Assembly: GCA_013239625.1 (NCBI GenBank)
Contig: MU053379.1
Coordinates: 1,718,866 to 1,782,865, forward strand
Length of the DNA stretch: 64,000 bases
Source: Lama guanicoe
Taxonomy: Eukaryota
Reading direction: 5' to 3'
Shown here piece after piece: positions 35,526 to 49,390 of this stretch. The notes under the pieces are model-generated. The model was not told where the DNA came from, made no database searches, and saw nothing but the letters and a program-made list of their open reading frames with translations. The first letter of the stretch is position 1. Every line of letters starts with the position of its first letter. Both the position numbers and the translations under genes were made by a program.

Positions 35526-37997
35526 AAATAAAAGAAACTACAGTGTGATGCAAGGCTGTAATTTCCCTAGGGGTAAACTATTTGTTTAGATCCCATTGCA
35601 ATAAATAATTTTGGGCTCCCTTAAATCTTACCTGGAAAGGTTATACATGTATATATACACACACATGTCTATGCCTGCTGTGTGTGTATGTAAAAATTAC
35701 TTGTCAAGTTACACTGAATGGCTTTCTTAGGTTGAACATCCACAGAGTCAGTAGTTTATCTGAGAGCTGATGCCAGGAGCACGGATAAGAGAGCAGGGAA
35801 ATGAGACACGAAACGGAAGAAAGCCATAGCATGTGTGTTATGGAGCACCTGGGGGTCCGTCCCACTGGGGAACTCCGAGACAGCGAGAAACGTGCCTCAG
35901 AGGTGTCTTTCCCGAGGAGCGGGGGAGCTGGGGCATTTATCCACCACCCCCATCTGCTGTTGGTTTAAGACTGCTCCCAGAAGGAGTTCCCTCTGACACT
36001 CTCAGCCTCCAGTGCCCAGGCAGAGGAGGCTCCAGGGGCCAGAAAAGGCTCTCGGCTTGGCAAAGACTCCCGAGCATTTGCAGTTGGAAGGTGTCTGAAT
36101 GACACACACACGAGAATGGTAAGTGTTGGGGGGATGCGGGTGGGGTACCAACAGCACCCACGGCAGTGGCATTCTGCCTTTCTCATCAGCACCACGCCAC
36201 CTGGTCTTTCTTGCGAGTCTGTCCCCATGGGCCTGGGCCATGGCAGGAAGAGAGTAGGCGGGTGAGATGTGGAAGGTCTACAAGGGAAATCCTCTGACTG
36301 CGCTTGCTGCTACCCTCTCCCCCACCAAATACTTGAGTGTTCATTTTGAAAGCTGACCCTCCCTAGTGATGTGGGAATATTGAAAGCAAAAGCTGTGAAG
36401 TCCAGGTTTCAACATGAACCCACCATGGCCAGTGAAATTGAAGAATGCACCATGAAAACATATCAGGACTGAGAGATGTTTATTTATGAGCTTGGCAAGG
36501 TCTTTTTATTTTTTACGATATGTTTAGATTCTTCTGCATATAAGGCAGATTCCATCAATGCAAGTCTATAAACTCCCCCGCCATTCATTTTATGATGTGT
36601 CTGAAATACCAGAGGCCGAATTAGTTGCCGGTGATTTGTCCTTTCTTTCTGACACCTCAGCTGGGGATTGTCCGTCCCAAAATAGAGTTTCTCTCTCCTT
36701 GGAGACCTGGGACCACTGTTGGCTAGCGACATCAGTGTTCCAGGACACACAAATGCTTAGTTGCTGGGCCTGGTGGGTACAGCAGAGTCTAGGAGGAGCG
36801 TGGACTTGTGGAACTAGAATCACAGACTTTTCACTCCATGGTCGAGGAGACTGAGGCCCAAAGTAACGCAGCAGGTGCGAGGGGGACCTGGAGTGAAACG
36901 CCACCGTCGCTTCCTGTGAAGTAGCCCATGCACGAGGCTGGACAGGTGGCTGTACTGGTTGGCTGGTAAACAGTACTGGTCCCATAACTCCCTGATTGGT
37001 GTAAGTTGTCTGACCGAGCCCCTGGGTGGGCTTTGGTGGAGCCGCCCTTCCCTTGGCCTCGGGGTGCTCTGGCAGTGATGTCACCCTCGGCAGCTTTCCT
37101 GAGTCTTTCCTTTATGAGGCTCTCCTTTCTCTCCTTCGGGAAAAGCAGGCTGGTTACTTAAGGATATTGCCAATTGGCTAGCACATGTCATTCTGGGTCC
37201 CTTAAATAATATTTTGGAGCATTGGGGCAGAGGGAGAAGAGAGATGGCTGGGAACCTGCACATTTGCCTTCTGGTCGGCCTTCTTCCCATCCCTGTGGAG
37301 GCAGTGTCGAGGGTGTGAGATAATGTGTGCCGGGTAACCGCTCCGCAGTGGGATTGAGCTCATTCATAGGGGAAAAAAGGCAGTGGGTCTCTTTGAGGAT
37401 TCAAGCAGGACATCAGCTAAGGTCAAGGTACCGCGTGTCATGGCTACTGACTCCCGGCTGGCAAAGGGGGCTGAGAACTTGTAGGTTACTAAGCTAAGAA
37501 AATAACCTTCCTTAACCTCCAGGAATTCACTGGCAAAACTGAGACTATTAGCATTGTCTTTTTTCAGTTCTGGGATGAATTAATTAGGACAAAGTAGAAA
37601 AAGCACATAGAACAGTGCCAAGAATGTAGTAGATGCTCAACAGATGTCATCTGTCTGTCTGTCTATCTATCTGTCTATCTACCTATCTATCCAAATATCA
37701 TCACCATCAGTAATAATGACAGAGACATGACCAACAAACACAGCTTCCTGTTTCATCTCCTCCCAGAGGCTTTGTGTTTTCACGTTCATGTCTAACTGCG
37801 CTCTAGATTCCAAGGGAACTTTGAGCGAGGTTCTAGCTCACTTCCCGTGGCTGCTCCCCTCCCCTGCTCTGCAGCTGTGTAGACACGGCTCAGTCCTTCC
37901 ATCTCTGTCCCCACCACCCAACCACCCATGTGAGTTCTTTGCACAAGGACTTTGCTGCGGGTCCTGGGGGCCTTAGGGGGCCCACGTGGCAGCAACA

Positions 37998-38435
37998 TTG
38001 TGGCAGACCGGCTTAGTTCCTAACTAATAGCCACTCTCCCTTCTTTGTTAATTACAGAACCCCAATTTTGCTTGTGGTAGTGACACGCTCAACTGAAGAC
38101 AGTCATTTCCTCAGACTCCCTTAGAGCTAGGAGTGGGACACAATTCCGTCTAAGAGGGTGAGCCTTTGCTTTCCTAATACAGACCCCATACCCTCGCTTC
38201 TTCGTTCTTCTTGTTCTTGCCTGGAAGGTGAGTGTCATGCCTGGAGGTACAGCAGCCCCTTTGTGACCATAATGAAAATAAAAGCACACGCTAAGGAAAA
38301 CAGAGACAAGTTTTGCTCTTGAGGACATTACAGAGCAGAGAGACCATCCCTGAAATTCAAATTTGGACTTAATGTTAAAAAAAAAACTTCCATTTTTTGA
38401 GGCCTGAATCAAATGTTATCCTAACATGAAGACAA
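37998..38435 (+). mobile_element. Old MaLR LTR (MLT1J/K/L-like)
   Basis: tgtggcagac...tgcctggaaggtgagtgtcatgcctggaggtacagcagcc...tgtgaccat. Confidence 0.7.
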
Positions 38436-41099
38436 ATGCTAGCCTCAACTGAAGACATACCATCTTTCATTAAAAGATCCCTGGCTAGTTCTCCCGGGGT
38501 GCGGTCTGGCCTCCGGCTGCTTTCCTCATCTTCTATCGCCAGCCTCATCCAGACCAGCAACTCCAAGATTTCCTCACACTTTGGAATCCAGAGAAATTCA
38601 GCACTTTTTACATCTTTATTTCCCAGTTCCTTTGCTTCTTTAAACATTGTATAAGGCTTTCAAGGGAAGGAACCATACTGACAAGGGTTAGGATGCTTAC
38701 TTTAGAAAAAAAAATTGATTAAAACTAGTATCAGGCTATATTATATACATCATATAAGCCTTTGACAGAGTAAGATAATTCACTGCATACGTGCTTTAAA
38801 TTGTTAAACTTGCTTCATGATTGGACAGTGTGTATGGGGGAAAGAGGATTCAGGTTCACAAAAAGGACTAAGGAAGCATTTTAATTCTAGGCTCTGATAA
38901 ACAGCTGAGGGAATTCAATGCTTCCTCTTGGAAAGAAAAGCCACTATTTCCTTAAGCAGAGCCTGACAACAGCTCTTTGAAAAAGGAGACACATATCCAG
39001 GGGTCTCGAGGACTTCAGACATCGCTTAACTCAGCTTCACTTTGCACACAATCAGGAGGCAGAGTCATTAATTTATGGAATCCTTTTAAAATAGAGACTT
39101 GCAGTTTCCCAAGTTCATTGTGGATGATATTCTGCTTCTCTTGGTTTCACACCTCACACACACACACAAAATCATCTGATTTCTGGGCACAGGTGTGGGT
39201 CCTCGACGCCCCTGGCCCCAGATTAGAGGGGTTCATGGGTGGGGTCCCAGCTCCCTCCATGGACCGACTTTACCACATCAGCCAACGAGTCCGCATCCTG
39301 GCGACAGCAGAGCCGGCTGTGTGACCCCTTAGCATCTGTTCATTTTTATTAGGAGAGGAAAGAGCAGCCTTTTCCTGAGTACCTCCTCTGTGCCAGGACT
39401 TTGATCTCAGTAACTCTGTCCTCAGCGCCACCATCCCCTTCTGCTGCAGAGACTCATGTCTGCACTGGGGAGCGGATCCCAGAGGGACAAATTGACTTGT
39501 CCAGGCCACGCACCAAGGGGCCCAGATCCACGTATGTCAGACCCTGGAGCCTTTGAATTGCCATTGTGTGATGGTCTGTTTCTCTTTTAGTTTATTTTTT
39601 TTCTCAGTCTTTTCACTGGGGAATAATTTTAAATGTGCAGAAGGGTATGGGAGGTAAGTTCCCTTGTGCCCCTCCCCACGGCCTGGCTTCCCCTCCTTGT
39701 GAACATCTTACATTATCTTTGTTTCCCTTTTATTTTATGTCTTTCCCTCTTGAATTCTAAGTTTCACCTTTGCACATGAAAAGCTGTTTCTTTCCCTGCT
39801 TTTTTTTTTTTCCTTCTTTTCTCCTCTTTAACCTCAGGCCCTTCTTTTGAAGGGGAAGCAGATCTGGAACCGTGAACTGACCGCTCTCAGAGAGACGACC
39901 CCTCCGGCCTGGGAGAGCAGGGCGATGAGATGCCGCAGAGCCCAGACAGCAGCCTCCGGGGCTCCGCCAGCGGCAGCCGGGCACACGCAGGTCTGGCCAT
40001 TAGGAAGGCCCGGGGGGTGTCTTCCAGTGAGCAGGCCAACAAGAGCTGCTTTTCTGGAACAATCCTGTCTGCTTCAGACTATTTGCACCAGCTTTCCACC
40101 AGAAGACAAAGACGTCTTCATGGAAGCTAAAGTACACCGCTCTGCTCCTGGGTTGCTTATTTAAGATGACAAAGCCCATTAAGGGCAGGGGGCCCCCTGG
40201 TTTCCTGCATATTGAGGACCCTGAGGGCAGCCCAGCACTTTAACAAACCCGGGAAGGAGGTGGAAAACCAGGCCTGTGGCATCATCCTGGGTGCAGGTGG
40301 AGTGGAGCGAGGCCAGCACATCATCACACCGTGTGGGTTATTTTCTCCACCCACTCAGTCACCTCCTGGAGGGAGCCCCAGCTTTTCCTGCCAGGCTGCG
40401 AGCTCACACAGTCACACACGGGGTAGTGGGCCCCAGCAGAGGGAGTGGCTTTAGATGCAAATTGAATCCACCCTATAGCGCAATCCACATCCTCATGCCT
40501 TAGCTGGTACCCAGGCTCTTCCCATCCAATGGATTACGGCCAGCACCCTTGTGCGTGCCTCCCGGCTCAGTGGGGTGGGGGCAGAGGTCTGCTGCCCCAC
40601 ACCAGGCCTGGGAGCAGAGATCCCCACAGAAGGGGTGCGGGTAGGGCATACAAAATGAGCAATTCTTAAAAAAGCGGGGATTAAGGCATGAAAACACCTT
40701 TACAAAAAGTCAGGCCTTAGGCTTATCTGCAGGGCTTTCCGGGACCAGCCGGCACAGGGCGATCGTTTAGAAACAGTAAGAAAAGTAAGGAGATTGCCCA
40801 ACACGGTCTCTCCGTCCTGACCACGCGGAGCCTCTGTGATCTCTGCGGGAGAGGTCAAGAAGCCCCGTTTCCTTGAAGTTCTGCCAACAAGGGGATTCCA
40901 CCCTCTTTCCCACCGACTTGGTGGTAGGTAGTGTAGTTTACCAACAGTCAGCCAGACCAGGAATGGCTAGAAGCTTACATGGGGCAGACTCTGGAGCTCA
41001 GCCTCCATGGGGCGCGTGGAGAAACCCTCATGATTTGAAGCATGTGCCCGCCTTCCACAGCTTCTGCTTCCTTCTGAAAACAGAACTTGTCCTCTAACA

Positions 41100-41240
41100 A
41101 GTGACGCAAATAACCTATTGGAATAGGGGTATTGCAATAGGGGAGAGAGATTGGCTCCAATTCCAAATACAGCAAAGACAGCTGGGGACTTACAGCCAAT
41201 GAGCAGAGTGAAGGCACTGAGAAAAAAAGCAATGAGACTA
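41100..41240 (-). mobile_element. ERV1 LTR fragment (MER31-like)
   Basis: tattgcaatagggagagagattggctccaattccaaatacagcaaagacagctggggacttacagcca. Confidence 0.7.
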
Positions 41241-41600
41241 ACCCGGGGCGTCCTCCCGCCCGGACCCCGCGGTGCTGCGCGTGCACGGAAGCACAGTGAC
41301 GCTTAACCTGGGGATGAGCTTGCAAGGCGGCCACCAGGGAAGGCGGAGCCCGCCTCGGCTGCGTTCCCCCCAGGCTGCCCGACGAATGCGAGCGTGGGCG
41401 TGCGCGCACGTGCGCGTCGGGGTGCGCGCGTGCACGTGTGCACGTGCGTGTGGCGCGTGTCTCCAGCGGGCGTTTGCGTTTCAGTGGAGGCAGGTGCAGA
41501 GGCAACGAGACATAGGCTTTGCAAGGACAGGGACAGCCCGTTGCCTGGCTGGGGCGCGTCCCGCTGCCCGCGGAGACCGCCAAGTCCTTGGGAAGAGTTT
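41240..41600. other. CpG-dense patch with alternating purine-pyrimidine tract
   Basis: 41391-41460 is mostly GC/GT/AC alternation with many CpG. Confidence 0.8.
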
Positions 41601-41699
41601 TACTTTGTAATCTGACAACAGGGGGCAGACGGGACAGGAAGCCACTGCGGTGAGAAGGCAAGTTCACACCAGGCCTCTGCCACCTTCCCCCCTGTCTTT

Positions 41700-42170
41700 T
41701 AAGATGTGACGACTTAATGTATATTCATTGCAACCTGCAGGTCTTGGGTTTGGACAATTGTATACACCTGCGTAACTCACACCCCCGTCACGGTAATGTT
41801 TTCCTCACTGTGAAGTTTCTTTGCACCCTTCCCAGCCCGTCCCCATTTCTCCGAGACCACAGACAGCCGCCTCCTAATTTATGTTAACATCGTCTAACTC
41901 AGCCTGGTCTGGAACTCCGTGTAACTGGGTGTGTACATTATGTGCCCTTTTGTGACTGTCTTCTTCCCTTCAGCACTGTGTTGGTCAAATTCATCTACCT
42001 CGCCGTGTGTACCAGTAATTCTGTCACCCGGGTTGCCGCGTGGTGTTCCACGGGATGAACAGACCATGGTTTGTTTATTCTTTCGTCAATGGGAATTTGA
42101 GTTCTGGCCAGTACTGGGCTATTGTGAATGAAGCCCCTATGAACATCCTCACATACATCTTTCTAGCAAC
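41700..42170 (-). mobile_element. Old L1 (L1MC/ME-type) 3' fragment, GC-shifted
   Basis: ttggacaattgtatacacctgcgtaact...gggctattgtgaatgaagcccctatgaacatcc. Confidence 0.7.
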
Positions 42171-45100
42171 CAGTTATTTTCTCCTCTTCCCTGCCTCCCC
42201 TCATTATGTGCTTGGGGGTGTATTTCAACAACTCTAAAGCAGAGAAATGGAGTTTCCTTACCCTCATTTAAAAAGTTTGTGCACTTACAAAGTAGCATAC
42301 TGAAACATTTGCCGTATGGAGGAGACAGGACTTCCTCTACGCAGACTCTGGAAGCTTCACTCAGACAGACATGGTCAGGAGAGATGGAGGGAGACAGAGA
42401 CACACAGGGGTCACTGGACTCCAGAGGAAGCAGACAGGACTCGATGGGGCCACGGAGCCAGAAGTGAGAAAAATAATGAGCAAAGGGCCTAGGAACCATC
42501 TAGAGTCTTGATTCCAAACAGAAAACTGAGCTCAGCTAAATAAAGCAGCAGAGGAATTTATTGACTGATCAAATTGAGAGAAAAGTATGGAACCATGATC
42601 AGAAAACAGAAAGAAGCTAAAATGTGCCCAGGGTCACACAACTGAAAAACAGCAAAGCCAGAATTTAAACTCAGGTCTGTCTCTTCTCAAAGTGCACACC
42701 CCCCTCCCTTCCCCATGTCTTAGGTAATTTGCTGTGGACACGTGTAATTAAGGAGGAAAAGGGGGTGCAGGTGAAACCTTTGACTTAATGGGTTTTTAAT
42801 GTATGATTAAAATAAAAGACGGGCAGGCTCCAGGCACAAGTGGCCCCTGTGAAATAAAATATAAAGGAATGGACCTGCAGCTGCGACTGAGCGGTGTGCG
42901 GGCGCCGGGGCAGAGCAGAGAGGCCCTGCGAGTATACGGGCGCAGGAGGCCACTGGGAGAGAGAGGGAGGCGGGCATTCAGCTCCAACTCTCATGAAAAG
43001 TGCCTTCCTCAAAAGTGCAGCCTGGGAAAACGGAACACAGAGCAAACAGAGCAAGCTGGAAGTTCAGGGTTACTGACGGGTGGCAACCCTGTTCTGCGCC
43101 ACCAGGTGACAAATGGAAAAAAGGTGCAGGTGAGCGTGAGACTGATGTAGCTGCCGTCACAGAATGCTGAGCTTTAGAACCACTGGAGTGCTGGGCTTTA
43201 GAAACACCTGGAAATTGTACTGAAACTTCAAAATGTACTTCTCGGCAGGCTCTCAGTTACTGGTCCCCCAGCATGGGGACTGGCCAACGTGTTGGGAACG
43301 CTGACTCCCTGGAACCTGCCTACTGCCAGGCTTTGTGCCAGTGTCCCGAGGTTGGGCAAAGCAGGAGGCCCCTGAGGAGGCGTGAGCAGGTGAAGACAGC
43401 CCTGCAGGTGCACGGCAGGCCTCCGGCGTCAGCTGCACACACGCACGCAGCCCTCCGCGCGGTCGAGGGGTTGCTGGATGTGTTGGAGGTAAGTGTGCGC
43501 TTGTGGGGATGTGCAAAGAAATGTTGTATTTATCAGAATAGAAGTATTGAGGGGAATCCATTCTTTCCATGGTGAAAACAATGAGGATCTTTGGTTCAAG
43601 CTTCAGTGTCGTCGGGAGAGTAATGTTTTAAAAGTTAAAAAAGCCAGTAGATTTTTATTTCTATCCCTGGTAAATTCCACGGCAGCCACTTTGCAAAAAT
43701 AGTCAGATAAACGGGAGGCGGTGACGCCCCCTTGGGAAGGAGGCTCTGAGGCCCTGGCTGCTGGGAGTAGAAAGGAGAGCCCAGGGGCTTTTGGGAAGGA
43801 AAAGGGTGGTGATGGGGAGGATGGCGGCTCTTCCCCCGCCCCGGATCTGGGGAAACTGAGAAGCAGAGGCCCGGAGCGGATGGGCTGGAGTGGTGGGGGT
43901 CATGTGAACAAGCTGTGTCTTCTTTGAATGTGAGTTTTCGTCTTGTTATGTGGGAAAGCAAGTGGGGAGATAGGAGTGTCCTGAACTCAGCTGTCTAGGT
44001 CAAATTCTTGAATAGGATGAGTGCGAAACTGAAAACTGAGGGCATTGCCTTGTGTCCCTTTGGAAATGTGGAAGGCAGTTGCTTCCCAGGGGCTGCTGGA
44101 CCACACAGCAGAAATTCAGAGACTTGAGTGGACAGGCAGAGAGCTTGAGTTTCGCTCCCAGGCCCTACTTGTCTTCCCTGCGGCAAGGAAGTGATACCTG
44201 AGTTTTGTATCTCATGGAGGGACATGGAAAGGAGTTGATGGTGCTGGCAGCTAGCTTACCATGGGGGCCACAGTGGTGGGAGCAAAATGACCCGCTAGCT
44301 GGAGGCCACTTTCACAGAAGGCATACGTTACTCTTTCCACATCCCATTGGCCAGAACTAGTCATGTGGCCCGACCCAGCTGCAAGGGAGGCTGGGAAACG
44401 CAGTCTTTTTGATGCCCTGGAGGTAAATGAAATGTTGAGTGGATATGTAGGGAGACCTCAGGGGACATGCAGTGCCAGCAAGAGCTGAGACTGGGCAGGG
44501 TTAAGTACGGAAGCTCCCCGAATTCTGACAGATTCAGCAACTGGAGACCTCAGGAGGGGTACTCCAGGGACACTGTCAACCCCCCAGCATGGAGACCCCC
44601 TGCCGCCGAGTTCCCGAGACAAGATGAGCACTCCCTTGCTCCCAGGGGCCGTCCTAGGGAGGAGAAAGTGGGGAGGGGCGGAGTTGGAAAGACCCGAGCA
44701 CTTGTCTGAAAGGGGCTGTTGTACCCTGGAAGCAGACGGCTAAAGCCCAGAGAGAGAATTACTGTTCATTGTCAAGGTTGGTTCCCGGCTACCCTGAGGG
44801 ATGGCGTCAGGGAGGCTCCCTGGGGAGACTGATTCTTCCATCGTTAATGGGGAAGCCACACTTTCTTCCCCCTCCTGAGTACGCAGTATGTTAATTTGTG
44901 GCTTTGAACGGTGTTTTAGTTAGCCGAGCTCAAAATCCATAACAAGAAATGAGTTTCACTTGTCCACTTGTCTGGCTTAAGGTACGTGCCCACTGGGCTG
45001 GTCTCCTTTAAAACTCTTCCTGGATGTGCGACTTCTGGGGACAGGAACCCCTTGTACCTGAGCTTTGCCGAGAATCACAGATTGAGCTCTGCCTGGAGGC

Positions 45101-46168
45101 AGGAGATTGGACCCAGATGTCTTCTAGTGTAGTGAGTCTATGATGGGTAACACAGGGTGCTTTTTTTAAAAATCCGCCATCAATATTAGTTTAGCTTTGC
45201 AAGCTGAAAAGTCTGCATGCCAGTAACAAACTGGTAGTGGATATTGGCCAGAGTAAGACACTAGGGACTTGTGGTGACTGTGGCAAGAAGACCACATACC
45301 CTCTTCATTTAAAAAGTAAAGCAGAACACTAGGGGGTACCTGACGGATGTTCCCCCTGCCTTATTCTCATGAGCTGCCAACCCCGAGGGGCCGGCTGACT
45401 TTCCCCTAGTGGGGGTGCCCCGCTACCATACTCAGCGTGTGGGCACCAGCGACCACAGGGCCCAGAGGGAGAAGGTCGTCTCCTTCCCACCCCAGTGTAA
45501 GGCCTGTCTTCCCAGGGGATGGGCTCCACCCCATGCAGACCTCGTCCCAGTGGCTAAGAGGTGAACAGCCTGCAGGTAAACACTCTCTCTGCCTGCGGGA
45601 GTGTGTGTTTGCAGCACAACTCTGCACTAGAACACATCAGGCCAGCATCCAGAGACACTGTGGCGTCCAGGCTTTGGGACACCAGGGGATGGGTGGACCA
45701 CCCAGAAAATGTTGGGTTCCCCCAGCCCCATTCAGTTAGTTGTCAGTTTTCATCTACTATGGCGTGAACAGTTTTCCATGCTCACATTAACTCCCTAGAA
45801 CATATCAATTCTACATTCTCCAAAAGGATGATTAACGCCTCACCCGCAGCATTAGCATTCAGGTTGACAGTGAGACCCGCCACCTCCCGACCCCTGCTTC
45901 CGAGAGCTCTGGGTGGACACTTGGCTTGTGTAAGCCCAATTTAAAGGGCCACGGTGTTAATTTTCTCCTGAGAGTAAAATCATATTCTAATACGTCAGGA
46001 CCAGAGAGTGACTGAGACCCTGAAGTCACTTTTTCAGGATTATGGGGTAAGGAAAAGCGTTTTTTTCAAGGCTGGCTACAATTTGAGCCACTTAGCTTAG
46101 GATAAAGGCAGAATTTCTTGTCAGGGAGAGCTGTTCTGTAATTTAGTTCAGTAATCATACTGGGTGTA

Positions 46169-46559
46169 TGTGCTGGGTTGAATAGGGTCCCCCAAATTCA
46201 TGTCTACCTGGAACCTCAGAATGTGGCCTTAGTTGGAAACAGGGTCTTTGCAGATGTGACTAGTCAGATGGGGTTGTACTGGGTTAGGGTGTGTCCTAAC
46301 CCAATGACTGGTGTCTTCATAAGAAAAGGAAACAGAGACACACAGGCAGAGCCCACGTGACAGCGGGGCAGAGACTGGGGTGATGTGTCCACAAACTAAA
46401 GAATGCTGAGAGCTGTTGGCAACCCAGGAGCTGGAGAGGCAACGGCGGTCCTCCCCTCGGAGGACGCCTAGCCTCCAGCACCATGAGAGAATGTATTTCA
46501 GTGGTTTCAATTCACCCAGTTATGGTAATTATTTTCAGCAACCCTAGGAAATTAACACA
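46169..46559 (+). mobile_element. MaLR solo LTR (MLT1B/C-like), complete
   Basis: TG...CA ends; ggaacctcagaatgtggccttagttggaaacagggtctttgcagatgt; ends gcaaccctaggaaattaacaca. Confidence 0.9.
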
Positions 46560-47168
46560 GTGGGTTTGATTTTGAGAGGTGATGTCCCTTTGAGAAGACT
46601 TAAAAGTTTAAAAGAAGTTTACAAGTTTTTAAGTTTAAAGTTAAAAAAAATAGAATGCTCTGAATAATAAAGAACTTTTGAAGATTTCTTGGACAGTTGA
46701 TTTGGTGAAGATAGTGAGAGAATCCAGGCAGAGAATGTGGAAGGACTGGGGACCACAGGAAGATAAACACCAGGAGAAAAGTCTCACCTCGTCCTGGAAC
46801 ACCTCATGACATCAGGACACCATGACAAGAGCACTGCTTTTTAGTTAATGAGCTCAAAAAGGAAGAGCTGGTTTTTTAAAAAAGTAAGATCTCTTTCCCC
46901 AATAATCAGAGTCGAGTATGTGCCGTAGAACGGACCCCAGCAAGCCGGACTTGCTCACTCTCAGTGCTGGGGATCCACGCACTGGGGGGGCAGCCTCTGG
47001 CTGGACCGCCCGCTCCCGGCTTGGCTGAGGCTGCTTGCTGTGGGGGAGGAGCGGCTACCCAAGTGCCCCGGAAATACCAGACGTGACTGTTCCATCTGTC
47101 TTTCTGTGCACGTCTCAGACGTTCTTCCAGAATCCGTGCCCCAGCTCCAAACAGACCCCCTTGGACCC

Positions 47169-48001
47169 TGCGGTAGGCAGAGTAATGGCTCCCCGTAGAT
47201 GTCCTACCCCAGGAAACTGCACGTTGCCTTACAGGGCAAAGGGGACTTGGCAGATGTGATTGGGGTTGAGGGCCTTGACATGGGGAAGAGTTTCCTGGAT
47301 CATCCAGGTGGGTCCATTCGAATCACGTGGGCCCTTAATAGCAGGGCAGCTTTCCCAGCTGCTGTTGGAGAGATGGGATGTCGCTGGCCTTGAAGCTGGA
47401 GGAGGAGAGGCATGAGTCGGGGGATGCAGCACCTCTAGAATCTGGGGAAAAAAAGGCATTCTCCTTGTATTCGTCTGCAGAGGCTGCTGTAGTGAAATAC
47501 CACAGCCTAGGGGCTCACCCAACAGAAATTTACTTCTCATAGTACTGGAGGCCGGGAGCCCAGATGGAGGTGCCACCAGCTCAGCTCCTGATGGGAGTCC
47601 CCCTCCTGGCTTGTAGGTGGTGCCTTCTCATTGCCTTTCCTTGGTATGTGCACACAGCTCACTCTCTCTTCCTCTTCTTATAAGGCCACCAATCCTACTG
47701 GATTAGGACCCCACCCTGATGACCTCACCCCACCTTAATTACCTCCTAAAAGCTCTAGCTCCAAATACAGTCCCATCGGAGGTTAGGACTTCAACATAAA
47801 AATGTGGGGCGAACACAGTTCAGTCCTTAGCTCTTCCCCTAGAGTCTCCAGAAAGGAACACAGCACCATGGTCCCCTAGATCTTAGCCCAGCGAGACCCA
47901 TGCCAGGCTTCTGACCCACAGAACTGTGAGATGGTAAGGTTGTGGTGTTCAGCTACGAAGTTTGTGATCATTTGTCACAGCAACAACAGAAAGCTAATGC
48001 A
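47169..48001 (+). mobile_element. MaLR LTR (MLT1D/E-like) split by a nested LTR
   Basis: tgcggtaggcagagtaatggctcccc... resumes at cccctagagtctccagaaaggaacacagc...gcaacaacagaaagctaatgca. Confidence 0.85.
47466..47830 (-). mobile_element. MaLR LTR (MLT1A-like) nested in opposite orientation
   Basis: aaataccacag...caacagaaatttacttctcatagt...ccaaatacagtc...ttcagtccttagc. Confidence 0.85.
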
Positions 48002-48199
48002 GGCTCCCCTCCCTCTCTTTGGCATCCTTCCATCTTTCATGGACCAGGTTTGCGATGCAGACTAAGGCTGTGTGCCCAGCGTTGTGCTCCATACAGCACC
48101 TCTTGTTGCTCAGCGCCTGCGCGGGGGCTATGGGTACACCCACCGCAGACACGTACTGTAGGTCCTGACTCTGCTGGCTAGTCCAGTGCCTCACACATA

Positions 48200-49390
48200 G
48201 TAGATGCCCAGTAGGAATTTATCAAATTAAAAAAAGGAAGACTGTTGATGTTCAGAGAGGTTACATAACTTTCTCAGGATCAGAGAGTGATGGGGAGTCA
48301 AATCAAGATCTGTCCATCCAAGTGAAAGGCACACATTTTCCATCACAAGGTGTAAACCCCCAAATGACAGTACCTGCATACAAAAGCCAGAGAGCACATG
48401 TTTATTCAGTTCCCACGTCACAGATCTTTTCCATGCATTTTTTCATTTGGATCTTATGAGGCAGACATTAATTGTATTCATTGGATGGGTGAACAAATCA
48501 AAGCTCAGAGAAGTGAAGAAATGTTCTCAAAGTTTTATGAGGAGTCGTTGTGGCGGAAATGATTTCAAAACCCAGGTCTGCTAGGCTTCTGCAGAGTCGA
48601 TGTTTTCCCACTGCCTCACGCTGTAAGTGTATTAGTTATTTTCATTTGCATGTGCTCCTGGGCTGTCCTGTGGAGGCAGACCCACTGTTCTCCTTCAGTG
48701 CTCCAGCTGTTCACTGCGACCATGACCCTTTGAATGCGGGGACCGTGTCTCCTCTTCTCCTTTTATTCCCAGTGGCAGCTCATTTCAAGTAGCATATCAC
48801 ACATGCGCCCCTGACAGCAGACTTCCTGGGCTGAACACACATCTCAGAGGTACACTTACGCTAATTAGAGCTCTTTCAAAATTTTAGAACAGCTGGAAGT
48901 ATTTTGTTCTGAAGAGCCACTCAGTCAAGACATTTTTTTGGCTACTTGTCACAACAAGAGACACCATATGGGGGACAGAACAAAACCCACCTGCGGGCAG
49001 CATGCCCTGGTGGTTGGACGTGCGGGATCTGTAGTCAGGCAGGCTGGGCTTGGCTGCCTGGATGACATCATTACTAGCCGGGGACTGCGGCAAGTTGTCC
49101 AACTCCTCTGAGCCTCGGTTCCACATCTCTAAACCTCGAGCTTGGTTCTCAGGTTTTGTTTGGTTTTGCTTTATTTTGATTTAGTTTTGCTCTTTTTGGG
49201 GTAAGGATTAAGTGAAATAAATCCAAGAAGCTATTAATGTTAACATGGATCCTGGGGCATAGAAAACACTTTTAAAATGTTGGCTATTATTACTAGCAGT
49301 ACAAAATGTGCTATGTGTAAAGTACTCACTAGTACAATGTCTAGTATGTGCTGAGCACTGAAAACTATTATATAGTATTATTAGTAAGAT
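48200..49390. mobile_element. Cluster of MIR fragments
   Basis: cagagaggttacataactttctcagg (48250), agctcagagaagtgaag (48500), ctctgagcctcggttccacatct (49105). Confidence 0.6.

Noticed and set aside
38088..38457. 14-bp direct repeat CTCAACTGAAGACA at 38088 and 38444
   Set aside because: The first copy is inside an MLT1 LTR and the pair does not bound a coherent element; treated as chance.
40975..41667. 230-aa ORF across the CpG patch
   Set aside because: Low-complexity translation (ARAHPDAHVRAR) of alternating repeats plus LTR sequence.
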